A DNA stretch of 20,000 nucleotides. Origin: an uncultured virus (IMG/VR IMGVR_UViG_3300013137_000012) (Duplodnaviria > Heunggongvirae > Uroviricota > Caudoviricetes). The DNA is taken from the IMG/VR virus record IMGVR_UViG_3300013137_000012; one strand, 5' to 3'. The translations under genes were made by a program, and so were the position numbers. How positions within the stretch are numbered: the stretch's first letter is position 1; each line of letters begins with the position of its first letter. The notes under the pieces were generated by a model. It saw only the letters and a program-made list of their open reading frames with translations, had not been told where the DNA came from and made no database searches. Of the stretch, positions 1-7,960 are shown in pieces.

Positions 1-62
1 TACTATATTAAATACAATGGTTAAAAACAAAGAGGTTATAATAGTTAGCAAAGGGGATTAAT

Positions 63-884
63 ATGAAAATACGTAATGGTTTTGTATCTAATTCAAGCTC
101 AAGTTCTTTTGTGGTAGTATTTCCTAGAAAACCAGAAAATACTAAAGATGTAATGGAATTTATGTTTAATGGTAAAGAAGGTGGTATATCTGTTTATGAT
201 TTAAATGGGTTGTCTCATTCCCAAATAGCTGAAAGGGTTTTTAGAGATATAGAACATAGTGGTTTTAAAACAGCAACAAAATCAGAAATAATTGATCGGT
301 TTTCGGGTCGTTATAATTATTATATTGATAGTTATAGTTTAATGTTTTTTAACAACATAACAAAAGATACGTTAGGTGGGGCATGGGATGAAAAAATTGG
401 TAAATATTGTGGTTCTAATATCAAAAATCTGGACAAATTACGCAATATGGTTATAGAACACGAAAAAGAACAAAAAAGAATTAATACTAGACAGTCTGAA
501 ATTATAAAAGATTCTGGTATTAATTGCGATATACCATGTGCTTATAAGGGTGGCACAAATCCTATTACCAAAAACCCCTATACGTCACAAGATATTGAAA
601 AATGGGAAAAACACCACAAAGAGATTGAAGATTATAAGAAAAACAACAAGGAATATCAGAAACTTGAAAAAGAATACGAAAAATCATTTGAGGATTATGG
701 AAAACAACACAAATTAAGAGAAATAATTGCTGCGGAAGACGCCGAAGTATTTTTGAAAGATTATGATACACAGTTCATATTTATTGTTGAATATTCTGAT
801 AATGATGAGGGAGATGTCGGAACAACTTTGGAGCATGGTGATATTTTTAGGAATGTACCGCATATAACAATCAGTAATCATTAA
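63..884 (+). CDS. Hypothetical phage protein with N-terminal MKIRNGFVSNSSSSSF motif (copy 1), central charged/coiled-coil region
   Basis: 273-aa ORF with RBS AAGGGGA. First 16 aa are identical to ORF 895. From memory, this motif recurs in uncharacterised proteins of large phages. Confidence 0.85.
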   Translation: MKIRNGFVSNSSSSSFVVVFPRKPENTKDVMEFMFNGKEGGISVYDLNGLSHSQIAERVFRDIEHSGFKTATKSEIIDRFSGRYNYYIDSYSLMFFNNITKDTLGGAWDEKIGKYCGSNIKNLDKLRNMVIEHEKEQKRINTRQSEIIKDSGINCDIPCAYKGGTNPITKNPYTSQDIEKWEKHHKEIEDYKKNNKEYQKLEKEYEKSFEDYGKQHKLREIIAAEDAEVFLKDYDTQFIFIVEYSDNDEGDVGTTLEHGDIFRNVPHITISNH

Positions 885-894
885 AGGAGAAAAC

Positions 895-1452
895 ATGAAA
901 ATACGTAATGGATTCGTATCAAATAGTAGCTCTTCTAGTTTTATTGTAAGTGGCACAGATATTAAAGAAATTGCCACTTCAATGCTGGATATTGTTGTAG
1001 AAGACTTTTCAGAATGGAATGAAAATAGCAAAGAACGATTAAAGATATATGGTAAATGGCAAAAAAACCTACAAACAATCTTCAAATTAAATAACAAAGA
1101 CATATTAGAAGGTAAAATTGGCGTGTGTTTTCCTTCTACTAACTATGACACCTATATATTACTAAAAGATGAAGACATTATACATGTTGATACCTGTAAT
1201 AATCATTCATGGGACCTAAATACATGGAGAGAACTGGATTGTAATGAAATAGAAGGCATGAATGATTTTTTATATTTTGATGTGGCGATTAATAAGCTTA
1301 GAAAAAAACTAGACTATTATATACACGATCATAATAATAAGACCAAAATAGTAAAAACCTGTAGTTGTGATATTTATACGTATTACCATGACGCAAAAGA
1401 CTACCCAATTTGTCCTGAATGTGGCAAGAAAATTAAAATTGTTGAAAAATAG
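895..1452 (+). CDS. Hypothetical phage protein with MKIRNGFVSNSSSSSF motif (copy 2) and C-terminal Zn-ribbon
   Basis: 185-aa ORF with RBS AAAGGAG. C-terminal CSC...CPECG. Confidence 0.85.
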   Translation: MKIRNGFVSNSSSSSFIVSGTDIKEIATSMLDIVVEDFSEWNENSKERLKIYGKWQKNLQTIFKLNNKDILEGKIGVCFPSTNYDTYILLKDEDIIHVDTCNNHSWDLNTWRELDCNEIEGMNDFLYFDVAINKLRKKLDYYIHDHNNKTKIVKTCSCDIYTYYHDAKDYPICPECGKKIKIVEK

Positions 1453-1459
1453 ATTTATA

Positions 1460-1488
1460 TTGCATTGTTTAATAGGCTGTGCGATACT
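1460..1488 (+). promoter_or_regulatory. Sigma70-like extended -10 promoter P1
   Basis: TTGCAT (1460-1465), 17-bp spacer ending TGc, GATACT (1483-1488). Same architecture as five other intergenic sites. Confidence 0.55.
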
Positions 1489-1511
1489 ACTGGTGTAATA
1501 AAGGAGAAACT

Positions 1512-1940
1512 ATGTTCAGGTTCATAAGAAGTTGGATTCTGCCTATTATAGTAGTAACCGCACTATTATATTTAAGCGGAGAAATTGAGACATTAAAACA
1601 ACTGCCAGAATTAGAACAAGTTGCTGCATTTTCGTTTTTAGTATGTATCTCCACAATATTTTCACCTTCTAGTAGACTTCTAACAGCTCCTACTTTTGTT
1701 ATAACTATTACTTGTTTGTTTTTTAATAACGGCGATTATTCTTTAGGCTATGTTTTTTCTGGAATATTTTGTACAATAATTGCCTTAATAGTATTACCCC
1801 ATATAACAGAATTAAAAGAAAATGATGAAATAGACATATATAGTTATCAATTAGGTAAAATTGTAAATACTATAATGTTAATTTATGGTATATTTGCATT
1901 AATATGTGGATTCACTAATATAACAAACTTTACTAAATAG
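1512..1940 (+). CDS. Multi-pass membrane protein A (about 5 hydrophobic segments)
   Basis: Strongly hydrophobic 142-aa ORF. Start moved from GTG 1479 to ATG 1512 because of RBS AAGGAG at 1501-1506 and because 1479 lies inside promoter P1. Confidence 0.8.
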   Translation: MFRFIRSWILPIIVVTALLYLSGEIETLKQLPELEQVAAFSFLVCISTIFSPSSRLLTAPTFVITITCLFFNNGDYSLGYVFSGIFCTIIALIVLPHITELKENDEIDIYSYQLGKIVNTIMLIYGIFALICGFTNITNFTK

Positions 1941-1947
1941 GCGATAT

Positions 1948-2379
1948 ATGTTTGGAAGATTATTGCTTTCTTTAATACTGTTGCCACTATGTAGCTTGTT
2001 ACTTTTGACATTTTTAGGTGGCGATAATTTTAACTACATGAATGAGTTAGGACAAACTTATGCGGTTTGTGCATTTTGGTTATTTGGTTCTGTGTTAGCA
2101 TTTTTACCATCATATATTAAATTTCCAAATATTCTAATATCTCTAACTATTTTTATATTCATGAGCATTGTAAATAGTGTCGGATTATTTACTGGATTAA
2201 TTGTTTTAGGAGTATTTATTATAATTGTTTTGAGCATGTTGACTTCATTATTTGAATTACTTGATTTTGATGAAATAAAACCGTTTTTAATGTTGATTTT
2301 TATAATTGGTATAGGGTGTATTATCGTTGGAATATGTTTTAACCGATATGATGTCGCACTACACTTTTATCAATTATAA
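1948..2379 (+). CDS. Multi-pass membrane protein B, probable distant paralogue of A
   Basis: 143-aa hydrophobic ORF 7 bp downstream of A, with similar length and hydrophobic pattern. Confidence 0.8.
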   Translation: MFGRLLLSLILLPLCSLLLLTFLGGDNFNYMNELGQTYAVCAFWLFGSVLAFLPSYIKFPNILISLTIFIFMSIVNSVGLFTGLIVLGVFIIIVLSMLTSLFELLDFDEIKPFLMLIFIIGIGCIIVGICFNRYDVALHFYQL

Positions 2380-2424
2380 ACTATTGAAGCACTAAAGAAA
2401 AAATTATCCGAAAATATTTTGTTA

Positions 2425-2453
2425 TAGACACGTTTAAACTCTTCTGTTACAAT
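2425..2453 (+). promoter_or_regulatory. Sigma70-like extended -10 promoter P2
   Basis: TAGACA (2425-2430), 17-bp spacer ending TGt, TACAAT (2448-2453). Shares AAATATTTTnTTATAGACAnGTTT with P3. Confidence 0.7.
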
Positions 2454-2491
2454 GGCGGCACAATAAACGAAGATGTAGAAAGAACGTACAC

Positions 2492-3157
2492 ATGTCAACC
2501 AGAGGCGCATACGGTTTCTATAGGGGTGGTAAGGAAAAGGTAACGTATAATCATTTTGATAGTTATCCTACGGGACTGGGTAAAGACGTAATTGTTTTTA
2601 TTGGCGACACAAGCAATGAAGAGTTAAACGATATATCTGATAAGATAAAGTTAGTAAATGGCAATAAAGAGGCTACTCTAAAGCAAATTGAAGAATGTAA
2701 GGAGTTTAGTGATACACATGTAAGTACTGGTAAATTAACTGAATGGTATTGCCTTTTGAGAAATGCACAAGGAGAATTAGGTGCATTTAAGAAGGGACTA
2801 AAATATATGGTTGACGGTAAGAGTTTTTTGAATGACAGTCTATATTGTGAATGGGCATATATTATAAATCTAGATACCAGTGTTCTTGAGATCTATAAAG
2901 GATTTAATAAAAATAAGAATGCTAAAGGAAGGTATGCGAGAAATTGGGATAAAACCAACGAAAAAGAAAAAGAAAATTCTGACGTTTATTATGGCGTAGA
3001 ATTGCTAAAAGAAATTCCTTTGGACGAAATACGAGAAATTGCAAAAGACGAAGATAAATTACATGATTTTCTTACTAATGTGGAAGAATCGGGTGTTACT
3101 AATGGCGGCAGAAAGCCCACATGCTTTAGCTGTGGGATGAATGCCGCATACTCTTAA
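2492..3157 (+). CDS. Conserved phage hypothetical protein (MSTRG...YNHFDSYP...EWAYIINLD); last codons replaced by IS left end
   Basis: 221-aa ORF. Residues after T203 are read from the IS left end. Removing the IS restores the ending ...EESGVTSDE* (206 aa). Confidence 0.8.
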   Translation: MSTRGAYGFYRGGKEKVTYNHFDSYPTGLGKDVIVFIGDTSNEELNDISDKIKLVNGNKEATLKQIEECKEFSDTHVSTGKLTEWYCLLRNAQGELGAFKKGLKYMVDGKSFLNDSLYCEWAYIINLDTSVLEIYKGFNKNKNAKGRYARNWDKTNEKEKENSDVYYGVELLKEIPLDEIREIAKDEDKLHDFLTNVEESGVTNGGRKPTCFSCGMNAAYS

Positions 3158-3269
3158 TTTATTCACGTTTTTATTATACAAAATAGTATAAAAAATAAAA
3201 AGGAATTTGTATAATAATCTTGAATAAGAAACATATGTAAACTTAATAAATTTAATAGGATAAATACTT

Positions 3270-3683
3270 ATGGATATTCAAAATCCCTCAAAACAATATA
3301 AAAAATCTAATACAGCAATTTATTCTTGTCAATATCATGTTGTTTTCTGTCCTAAGTATAGAAGAAGTATTTTTGTCGATGGAATCGACAAAAGACTTAA
3401 ACAACTTGTTCGTGAAAAATCTAAAATATGGAATTATGAAATATTAGATATGGAAGTAATGCCAGATCATGTTCATTTACTTCTTGATATTAATCCCAAA
3501 ATTGGTATCTATAATGTTATTAATCATATTAAGGGTTATGCTTCTAAGGTATTGAGAAAAGAATTTCCAAGTCTTAAGACTCGACTTCCGTGTTTATGGT
3601 CAAGAAGTAAGTTTATCAGTACAGTAGGTGCCGTTAGTCTAGAGACGGTTAAAAAATATATTGAGAATCAAAAAGGAAAATAA
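3270..3683 (+). CDS. tnpA: IS200/IS605 HUH (Y1) transposase TnpA
   Basis: YHVVFCPKYRR, HUH motif DHVHLL, LWSRSKF, catalytic Tyr in KKYIENQ. Confidence 0.97.
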   Translation: MDIQNPSKQYKKSNTAIYSCQYHVVFCPKYRRSIFVDGIDKRLKQLVREKSKIWNYEILDMEVMPDHVHLLLDINPKIGIYNVINHIKGYASKVLRKEFPSLKTRLPCLWSRSKFISTVGAVSLETVKKYIENQKGK

Positions 3684-3686
3684 CAC

Positions 3687-4961
3687 TTGACAAAATCTGA
3701 TATAATCAAAGAAACACTGAGACAAACACGATTAAAACGATCAACTCAAGATTGTAAGGTTTTTGAATTAAAAATAGATACTTCGCATATTTCTAACAAA
3801 AAACTCAATGATCTAAAACTTCTTTTTACTGAATCAAAATGGCTATATAATCATATTCTAAATCAGAAAAATATCTTTGATTTTGATACTAAAATAAGCG
3901 TGGTACAAGCATTAGATAAAGATAAAAATACTGTTGATAAAACACTATCAATAATTGGATCTCAAATTAAACAATCAATACATTCAAGAATTATAGATTC
4001 TATAATAGCATTATCAAAACTAAAAGAAAAACACTATAAAGTTGGAAAACTTAAATTTAAATCCAGAATAAAATCTATTCCTTTAAAACAATACGGAGTA
4101 ACTTTTAGATTTAATCCAACCAAACCAAACTATATAAAATTTCAAAACATTAAAGGTTATTTTAAGCTTAATGGTATTAAACAAATTCCACAAAATGCAG
4201 AAATAACAAATGCTATTTTAATTAATAAAAATAATAACTATTATATCAAATTAACTTGTTATATACAAAAAGAAACCAAGAATTTTTTAGAAAAAGAAAT
4301 AGGAATAGATTTTGGAATTCAAGATAATATCGTATTGTCTAATGGAGAAAAATTCAATATCAACATTCCAGAATCTACAAGAACTAGAAAACTAAGACGT
4401 AAATTATCTAGAAAACATGGATATAAAAAAGGACAGAAGAAATCCAAATCTTTTTATAAAAATCTAAATTTGATAAACGCATCTATAGATAAAATCAATA
4501 ATCAAAAGAAAGATTGCAAAAATAAAATTGTATCAAAAATAGTAAATAACTATGAAACAGTATGTGTTCAAGATGAAAATATTAAACAGTGGAAAGATGG
4601 GATGTTCGGTAAGCAAGTTCACAATTCTGTTTTGGGAGGAATAATGAAAGATTTGTGTGTCAAATCTCATACTCTCAAAATAGTTGATAAGTATATGCCT
4701 ACAACTCAATTATGTCCCGTTTGTTTTAAGCTAAATAAGATTAGTTTGAAACAAAGAGAATATATTTGTGAGTGTGGTTATAAAAATGATAGAGATATTC
4801 ATGCCGCTCAGAACATATTGAATATTGGCATGAACAGACTTGATATTAATAAAGTGTCTACGGAGTATAGACACTATAAATCTCCGATGGAGGGAATAGT
4901 CTCTGCTGTTGATTTAAACAGCAAGCTGTTTCTGTTGAAGTCGGAAGCCAACGTCCTTTAG
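3687..4961 (+). CDS. tnpB: RNA-guided endonuclease TnpB with variant RuvC-II motif
   Basis: TTG start 3 bp after tnpA. RuvC-I GIDFG (D208), RuvC-II region VQDEN, Zn finger CPVC...CECG, RuvC-III DRDIHAAQNIL (D370). Stop codon lies inside the right-end hairpin. Confidence 0.93.
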   Translation: MTKSDIIKETLRQTRLKRSTQDCKVFELKIDTSHISNKKLNDLKLLFTESKWLYNHILNQKNIFDFDTKISVVQALDKDKNTVDKTLSIIGSQIKQSIHSRIIDSIIALSKLKEKHYKVGKLKFKSRIKSIPLKQYGVTFRFNPTKPNYIKFQNIKGYFKLNGIKQIPQNAEITNAILINKNNNYYIKLTCYIQKETKNFLEKEIGIDFGIQDNIVLSNGEKFNINIPESTRTRKLRRKLSRKHGYKKGQKKSKSFYKNLNLINASIDKINNQKKDCKNKIVSKIVNNYETVCVQDENIKQWKDGMFGKQVHNSVLGGIMKDLCVKSHTLKIVDKYMPTTQLCPVCFKLNKISLKQREYICECGYKNDRDIHAAQNILNIGMNRLDINKVSTEYRHYKSPMEGIVSAVDLNSKLFLLKSEANVL

Positions 4962-4996
4962 GCGTTGGTAGCTCACAAGTGATGAATAAAAACTGT
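4800..4996 (+). ncRNA. Predicted TnpB omegaRNA/reRNA (scaffold up to TCAC 4976, guide from the flank AAGTGATGAATAAAAACTGT)
   Basis: Inferred from known IS605 TnpB biology (scaffold overlaps tnpB 3' end and right end). The 5' boundary is approximate. Confidence 0.55.
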
Positions 4997-5191
4997 TTAA
5001 TTTGCAAATATAGCGTGCTTGATCCAGAAATGCAAGGTTATTCTGAATATACGCCAGGATCTTCAGCATCTTGGGATTGTATAAAGGGTCATTGGGTAGA
5101 TAATCCTTTAATGTTACAGAAAGATGATTTTTTGAAACTTATTGAAACCGCAAAAACGTGTAAAGATTATGAACATTATAGAAAGGAATAA
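4982..5191 (+). CDS. Small Cys-rich hypothetical protein (CxxC...C...C)
   Basis: 69-aa ORF from ATG 4982 (track start GTG 4979). In the empty-site allele it overlaps the upstream stop (ATGAATAA). Confidence 0.75.
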   Translation: MNKNCLICKYSVLDPEMQGYSEYTPGSSASWDCIKGHWVDNPLMLQKDDFLKLIETAKTCKDYEHYRKE

Positions 5192-5192
5192 T

Positions 5193-5714
5193 ATGAAACT
5201 GGAAAAACAAGGCGATAAATATATTCTAACCGGAACGGTAATGTGTGTAAGTTGTGAAGGTACAGGGCTTTATAGAGGAATAGCAGAGGGTAATAATTCT
5301 GCGGTTATTTGCCATACTTGTAAAGGAACTGGCAAAGTAGAAACGAAACTATCTTTTACAGAATTTACCGGTAGAAAAACCAGAAAAGATGTTAAAAGAG
5401 TATATCTAACAGCATGTGGATGTGGAATAGCTGATAAAGATTTCGTTACAAAAGAGGGAAAAACAATTAGATTCTCTGAAGCTGGATGTTCTTATGAAGA
5501 TTGGCTAAAAGGTGCCGAACCAAAACCCATTACTGATTTACATTGTCCCTATATGCACACAAATCAAGCAATGCAAAATAAAGATCACAAGTGTCATTCG
5601 CTATATAATACAAAATGTTCTAAAAATATGGGTTTTGGTTTTATCGCTGCTTGCAAGTGTTTTGAAAATAAAGAAGAGTGTTGGAAAGAATATCTGGAAT
5701 TAATGGAGAAATAA
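5193..5714 (+). CDS. DnaJ-type zinc-finger (CxxCxGxG x2) Cys-rich protein without J-domain
   Basis: CVSCEGTG and CHTCKGTG motifs plus further C-terminal Cys/His. ATG 5193 follows RBS AAGGA and the upstream stop. Confidence 0.75.
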   Translation: MKLEKQGDKYILTGTVMCVSCEGTGLYRGIAEGNNSAVICHTCKGTGKVETKLSFTEFTGRKTRKDVKRVYLTACGCGIADKDFVTKEGKTIRFSEAGCSYEDWLKGAEPKPITDLHCPYMHTNQAMQNKDHKCHSLYNTKCSKNMGFGFIAACKCFENKEECWKEYLELMEK

Positions 5715-5716
5715 TA

Positions 5717-6028
5717 ATGAAAAAACTAATCAAAATTCATCGTATCAAACATCCAACAAAGAATTCTGTAGTAACTTTCGCAAGCATGGTTGATAATAAC
5801 AAGGTTCAAATTGGTTATAGCTTTTCTTCACTAAAAGATAGATTTTGTAAGGCAGAAGGTCGTAGATGGGCATTGGATAGAATGTTTGTTTCACCTGTTA
5901 TTGATGACTTTACAGGTCATTCTTCGGCTAGTATTGCAAGAGTATGGGAACAAATTAAAAAGCCTTCTATATGGAAGCGTGTTCTTGTTAAAGACGTAGA
6001 AAAAATTGGACTAACTGTAGTACTATAA
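5717..6028 (+). CDS. Hypothetical phage protein (S..D.F.K..GR..A..R motif)
   Basis: ATG 5717 with RBS GGAG, 2 bp after the upstream stop. Confidence 0.7.
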   Translation: MKKLIKIHRIKHPTKNSVVTFASMVDNNKVQIGYSFSSLKDRFCKAEGRRWALDRMFVSPVIDDFTGHSSASIARVWEQIKKPSIWKRVLVKDVEKIGLTVVL

Positions 6029-6037
6029 GGGATAATT

Positions 6038-7960
6038 ATGAAAAAATCTATTGAAGAGAGAATTAAATATCTGGAACATTGCGCAAATTTATATGAAACT
6101 AGTGGCAATAGTCCTCTTACGGATAATGAATATGATAAGGAATATGCAGAATTAAAGAAAATTGCTCCTGATAATTATTTCTTTTCTAAAGTAGGTGGAA
6201 TGGATGAAGCACATATTTATGGTACTAAATATACTCATAAATATACTATGGGAAGTTTAGAGAAAGATCCTAATCCCGATGAATTTGGTAATTGGTTTAA
6301 AAAGACTTATGAAAAAGATATAGATAAGGTTGTTGCTATCCTGCAATTAAAGGTTGATGGTAGCAGCTTTTGTTTGCATTATCAGGATGGGAAACTTATT
6401 AGGGCCGTAAGTCGTGGAAATGGACTTGTTGGATTGGATTATACAAAGAATGCAAAACACATAAGAGGAGTACTTGAAACAATTTCGGCTAGGGGTTATG
6501 TAGAAATTAAAGGCGAAGTATATAAAAACAAACAGGATTTTGAAAAGTATTTTGCAGAAGAATTTGCTAATGATCGCAATTTTACTGCTGGTGCTATAAA
6601 CCAGAAAGACCCATTAGTTACAAAAGAAAGGGGCTTGGATTTTGTAGCTTATGAAGTAAGAGGAATTGATTTCAAAACCGAAACAGAAAAAACCAAGTTC
6701 CTTATTGATAATGGTTTTGCCAATCTTGACGAATACACTTCTAAAATAAACTGTAAAGGAAAAACAGTTAAAGATGTGGTTGATTTTATTACTCTATTTA
6801 TGAATAATGTGGATAAAGAAAATCTTCCTTTTTCAATTGACGGCATAGTATTTAAGCTTGATGATATTGAATGGGCAGAATCTTTGGGAACAACAGATGA
6901 AGGTAAAAGACCTAAAAGTAATAGGGCTATTAAATTTCCAACAGAAATAAAAGAAACAATTCTAGAGGGTATAGAGTGGAGTGTTGGTAGAACTGGCGCA
7001 TTAACTCCCGTTGCTCTTCTACAACCTGTTCAATTGGCTGGAACTACTGTAAAAAGAGCCACTATTCATAATTTAAAAGAAATGGAAAGACTTGGCATTA
7101 ATAAGATAGGATGTACGGTAAAATTACAGAAATCCGGCGATATAATTCCTAAAATTTTGGAAATGACTAAGGCTGGAAATAAAAAAATAGAAGTTCCAGA
7201 AAATTGTCCATCGTGTAACAGCAAACTGGAATGGGACGATACTAATACAACAAAGTTCTGTCATAATAACATGTGTCCTTCTCAGGTTAATTCTTCTATT
7301 GAACATTATTTTAAAACCATTGATGTTCTTGGTATAGGTGAAGGTATTATAGAAAGGTTAATCAATAAAGAAAATAACATGGTTAATTCTATTTCAGACA
7401 TGTATACACTGAATAAGTATAAGTCGCAATTATCATCTATATTTGGTCCTAAAGCTACTGAGAATTTACTAGAAGCAATTAATTCTGTTAAAGAAATTTC
7501 ATTAGCTAAATTTATTGAAGCATTAGGAATAGGCAAAATTGGGCGTATGAGTAAGGATATAACAGAAATTGCGCCTACAGTAGAAGCAATAGATAAACTA
7601 ACTATACCGGATATATTGAATATTCATGGATTTGCTGAAATTAAAGCTAAAAACTTCATAGATGGTTGGAAAAGTCAAAGGAAAGAGATAGATAAACTGT
7701 TAAAACACATAAAAATACAGGAGGCTAAGAAAATGAGTGGTAAACTAAATGGTAATAGTTTTTGCATAACTGGAACATTATCTCGCCCAAGAAACGACTT
7801 TATTGCCATTATTGAAGAAAATGGTGGTAGATTTGCTTCTTCTGTATCCGCAAAATTAAATTTCCTAATCTGCGGGAGCGATTGCGGTAGTAAAAAAGAT
7901 AAAGCGGAGAAACTTGGAGTACAAATTATTTCTGAAGAGGAGTTTAATGAAATGCTATGA
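6038..7960 (+). CDS. ligA: NAD+-dependent DNA ligase
   Basis: Domain Ia (Y...DNEYD), MGSL, adenylation motif KVDG, SRGNG, GEVY, IDGIVFK, OB fold VGRTGALTPVA, SGDIIPKI, Zn finger CPSC..C..C, HhH repeats, C-terminal BRCT (FCITGTLS...KAEKLGV). Confidence 0.97.
   Translation: MKKSIEERIKYLEHCANLYETSGNSPLTDNEYDKEYAELKKIAPDNYFFSKVGGMDEAHIYGTKYTHKYTMGSLEKDPNPDEFGNWFKKTYEKDIDKVVAILQLKVDGSSFCLHYQDGKLIRAVSRGNGLVGLDYTKNAKHIRGVLETISARGYVEIKGEVYKNKQDFEKYFAEEFANDRNFTAGAINQKDPLVTKERGLDFVAYEVRGIDFKTETEKTKFLIDNGFANLDEYTSKINCKGKTVKDVVDFITLFMNNVDKENLPFSIDGIVFKLDDIEWAESLGTTDEGKRPKSNRAIKFPTEIKETILEGIEWSVGRTGALTPVALLQPVQLAGTTVKRATIHNLKEMERLGINKIGCTVKLQKSGDIIPKILEMTKAGNKKIEVPENCPSCNSKLEWDDTNTTKFCHNNMCPSQVNSSIEHYFKTIDVLGIGEGIIERLINKENNMVNSISDMYTLNKYKSQLSSIFGPKATENLLEAINSVKEISLAKFIEALGIGKIGRMSKDITEIAPTVEAIDKLTIPDILNIHGFAEIKAKNFIDGWKSQRKEIDKLLKHIKIQEAKKMSGKLNGNSFCITGTLSRPRNDFIAIIEENGGRFASSVSAKLNFLICGSDCGSKKDKAEKLGVQIISEEEFNEML

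Larger units (their letters stand above)
3100..4976 (+). mobile_element. Complete IS200/IS605-family element (tnpA + tnpB, same orientation)
   Basis: Left end: target TTAC (3096-3099), guide AAAG (3112-3115), hairpin CCCACA...TGTGGG (3116-3136), outer stem GCGGCA/TGCCGC. Right end: guide GAAG (4944-4947), hairpin CCAACG...CGTTGG (4948-4968), terminal TCAC (4973-4976). Guide/cleavage pairs follow the IS608 pattern (AAAG-TTAC; GAAT-TCAA, so GAAG-TCAC). No target duplication. Confidence 0.92.

Noticed and set aside
14..42. Promoter upstream of ORF 63 (TATAAT at 37-42)
   Set aside because: No -35 at 17 bp and no TGn extension, unlike the other six; possible but unsupported.
3101..3157. Apparent C-terminal CxxC (CFSCG) in ORF 2492
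   Set aside because: It is the translated IS left-end hairpin, not part of the native protein.
3687..4961. Cas12f / type V CRISPR effector interpretation
   Set aside because: Adjacent tnpA and IS605 ends are present, and I found no repeat-spacer array in the window.
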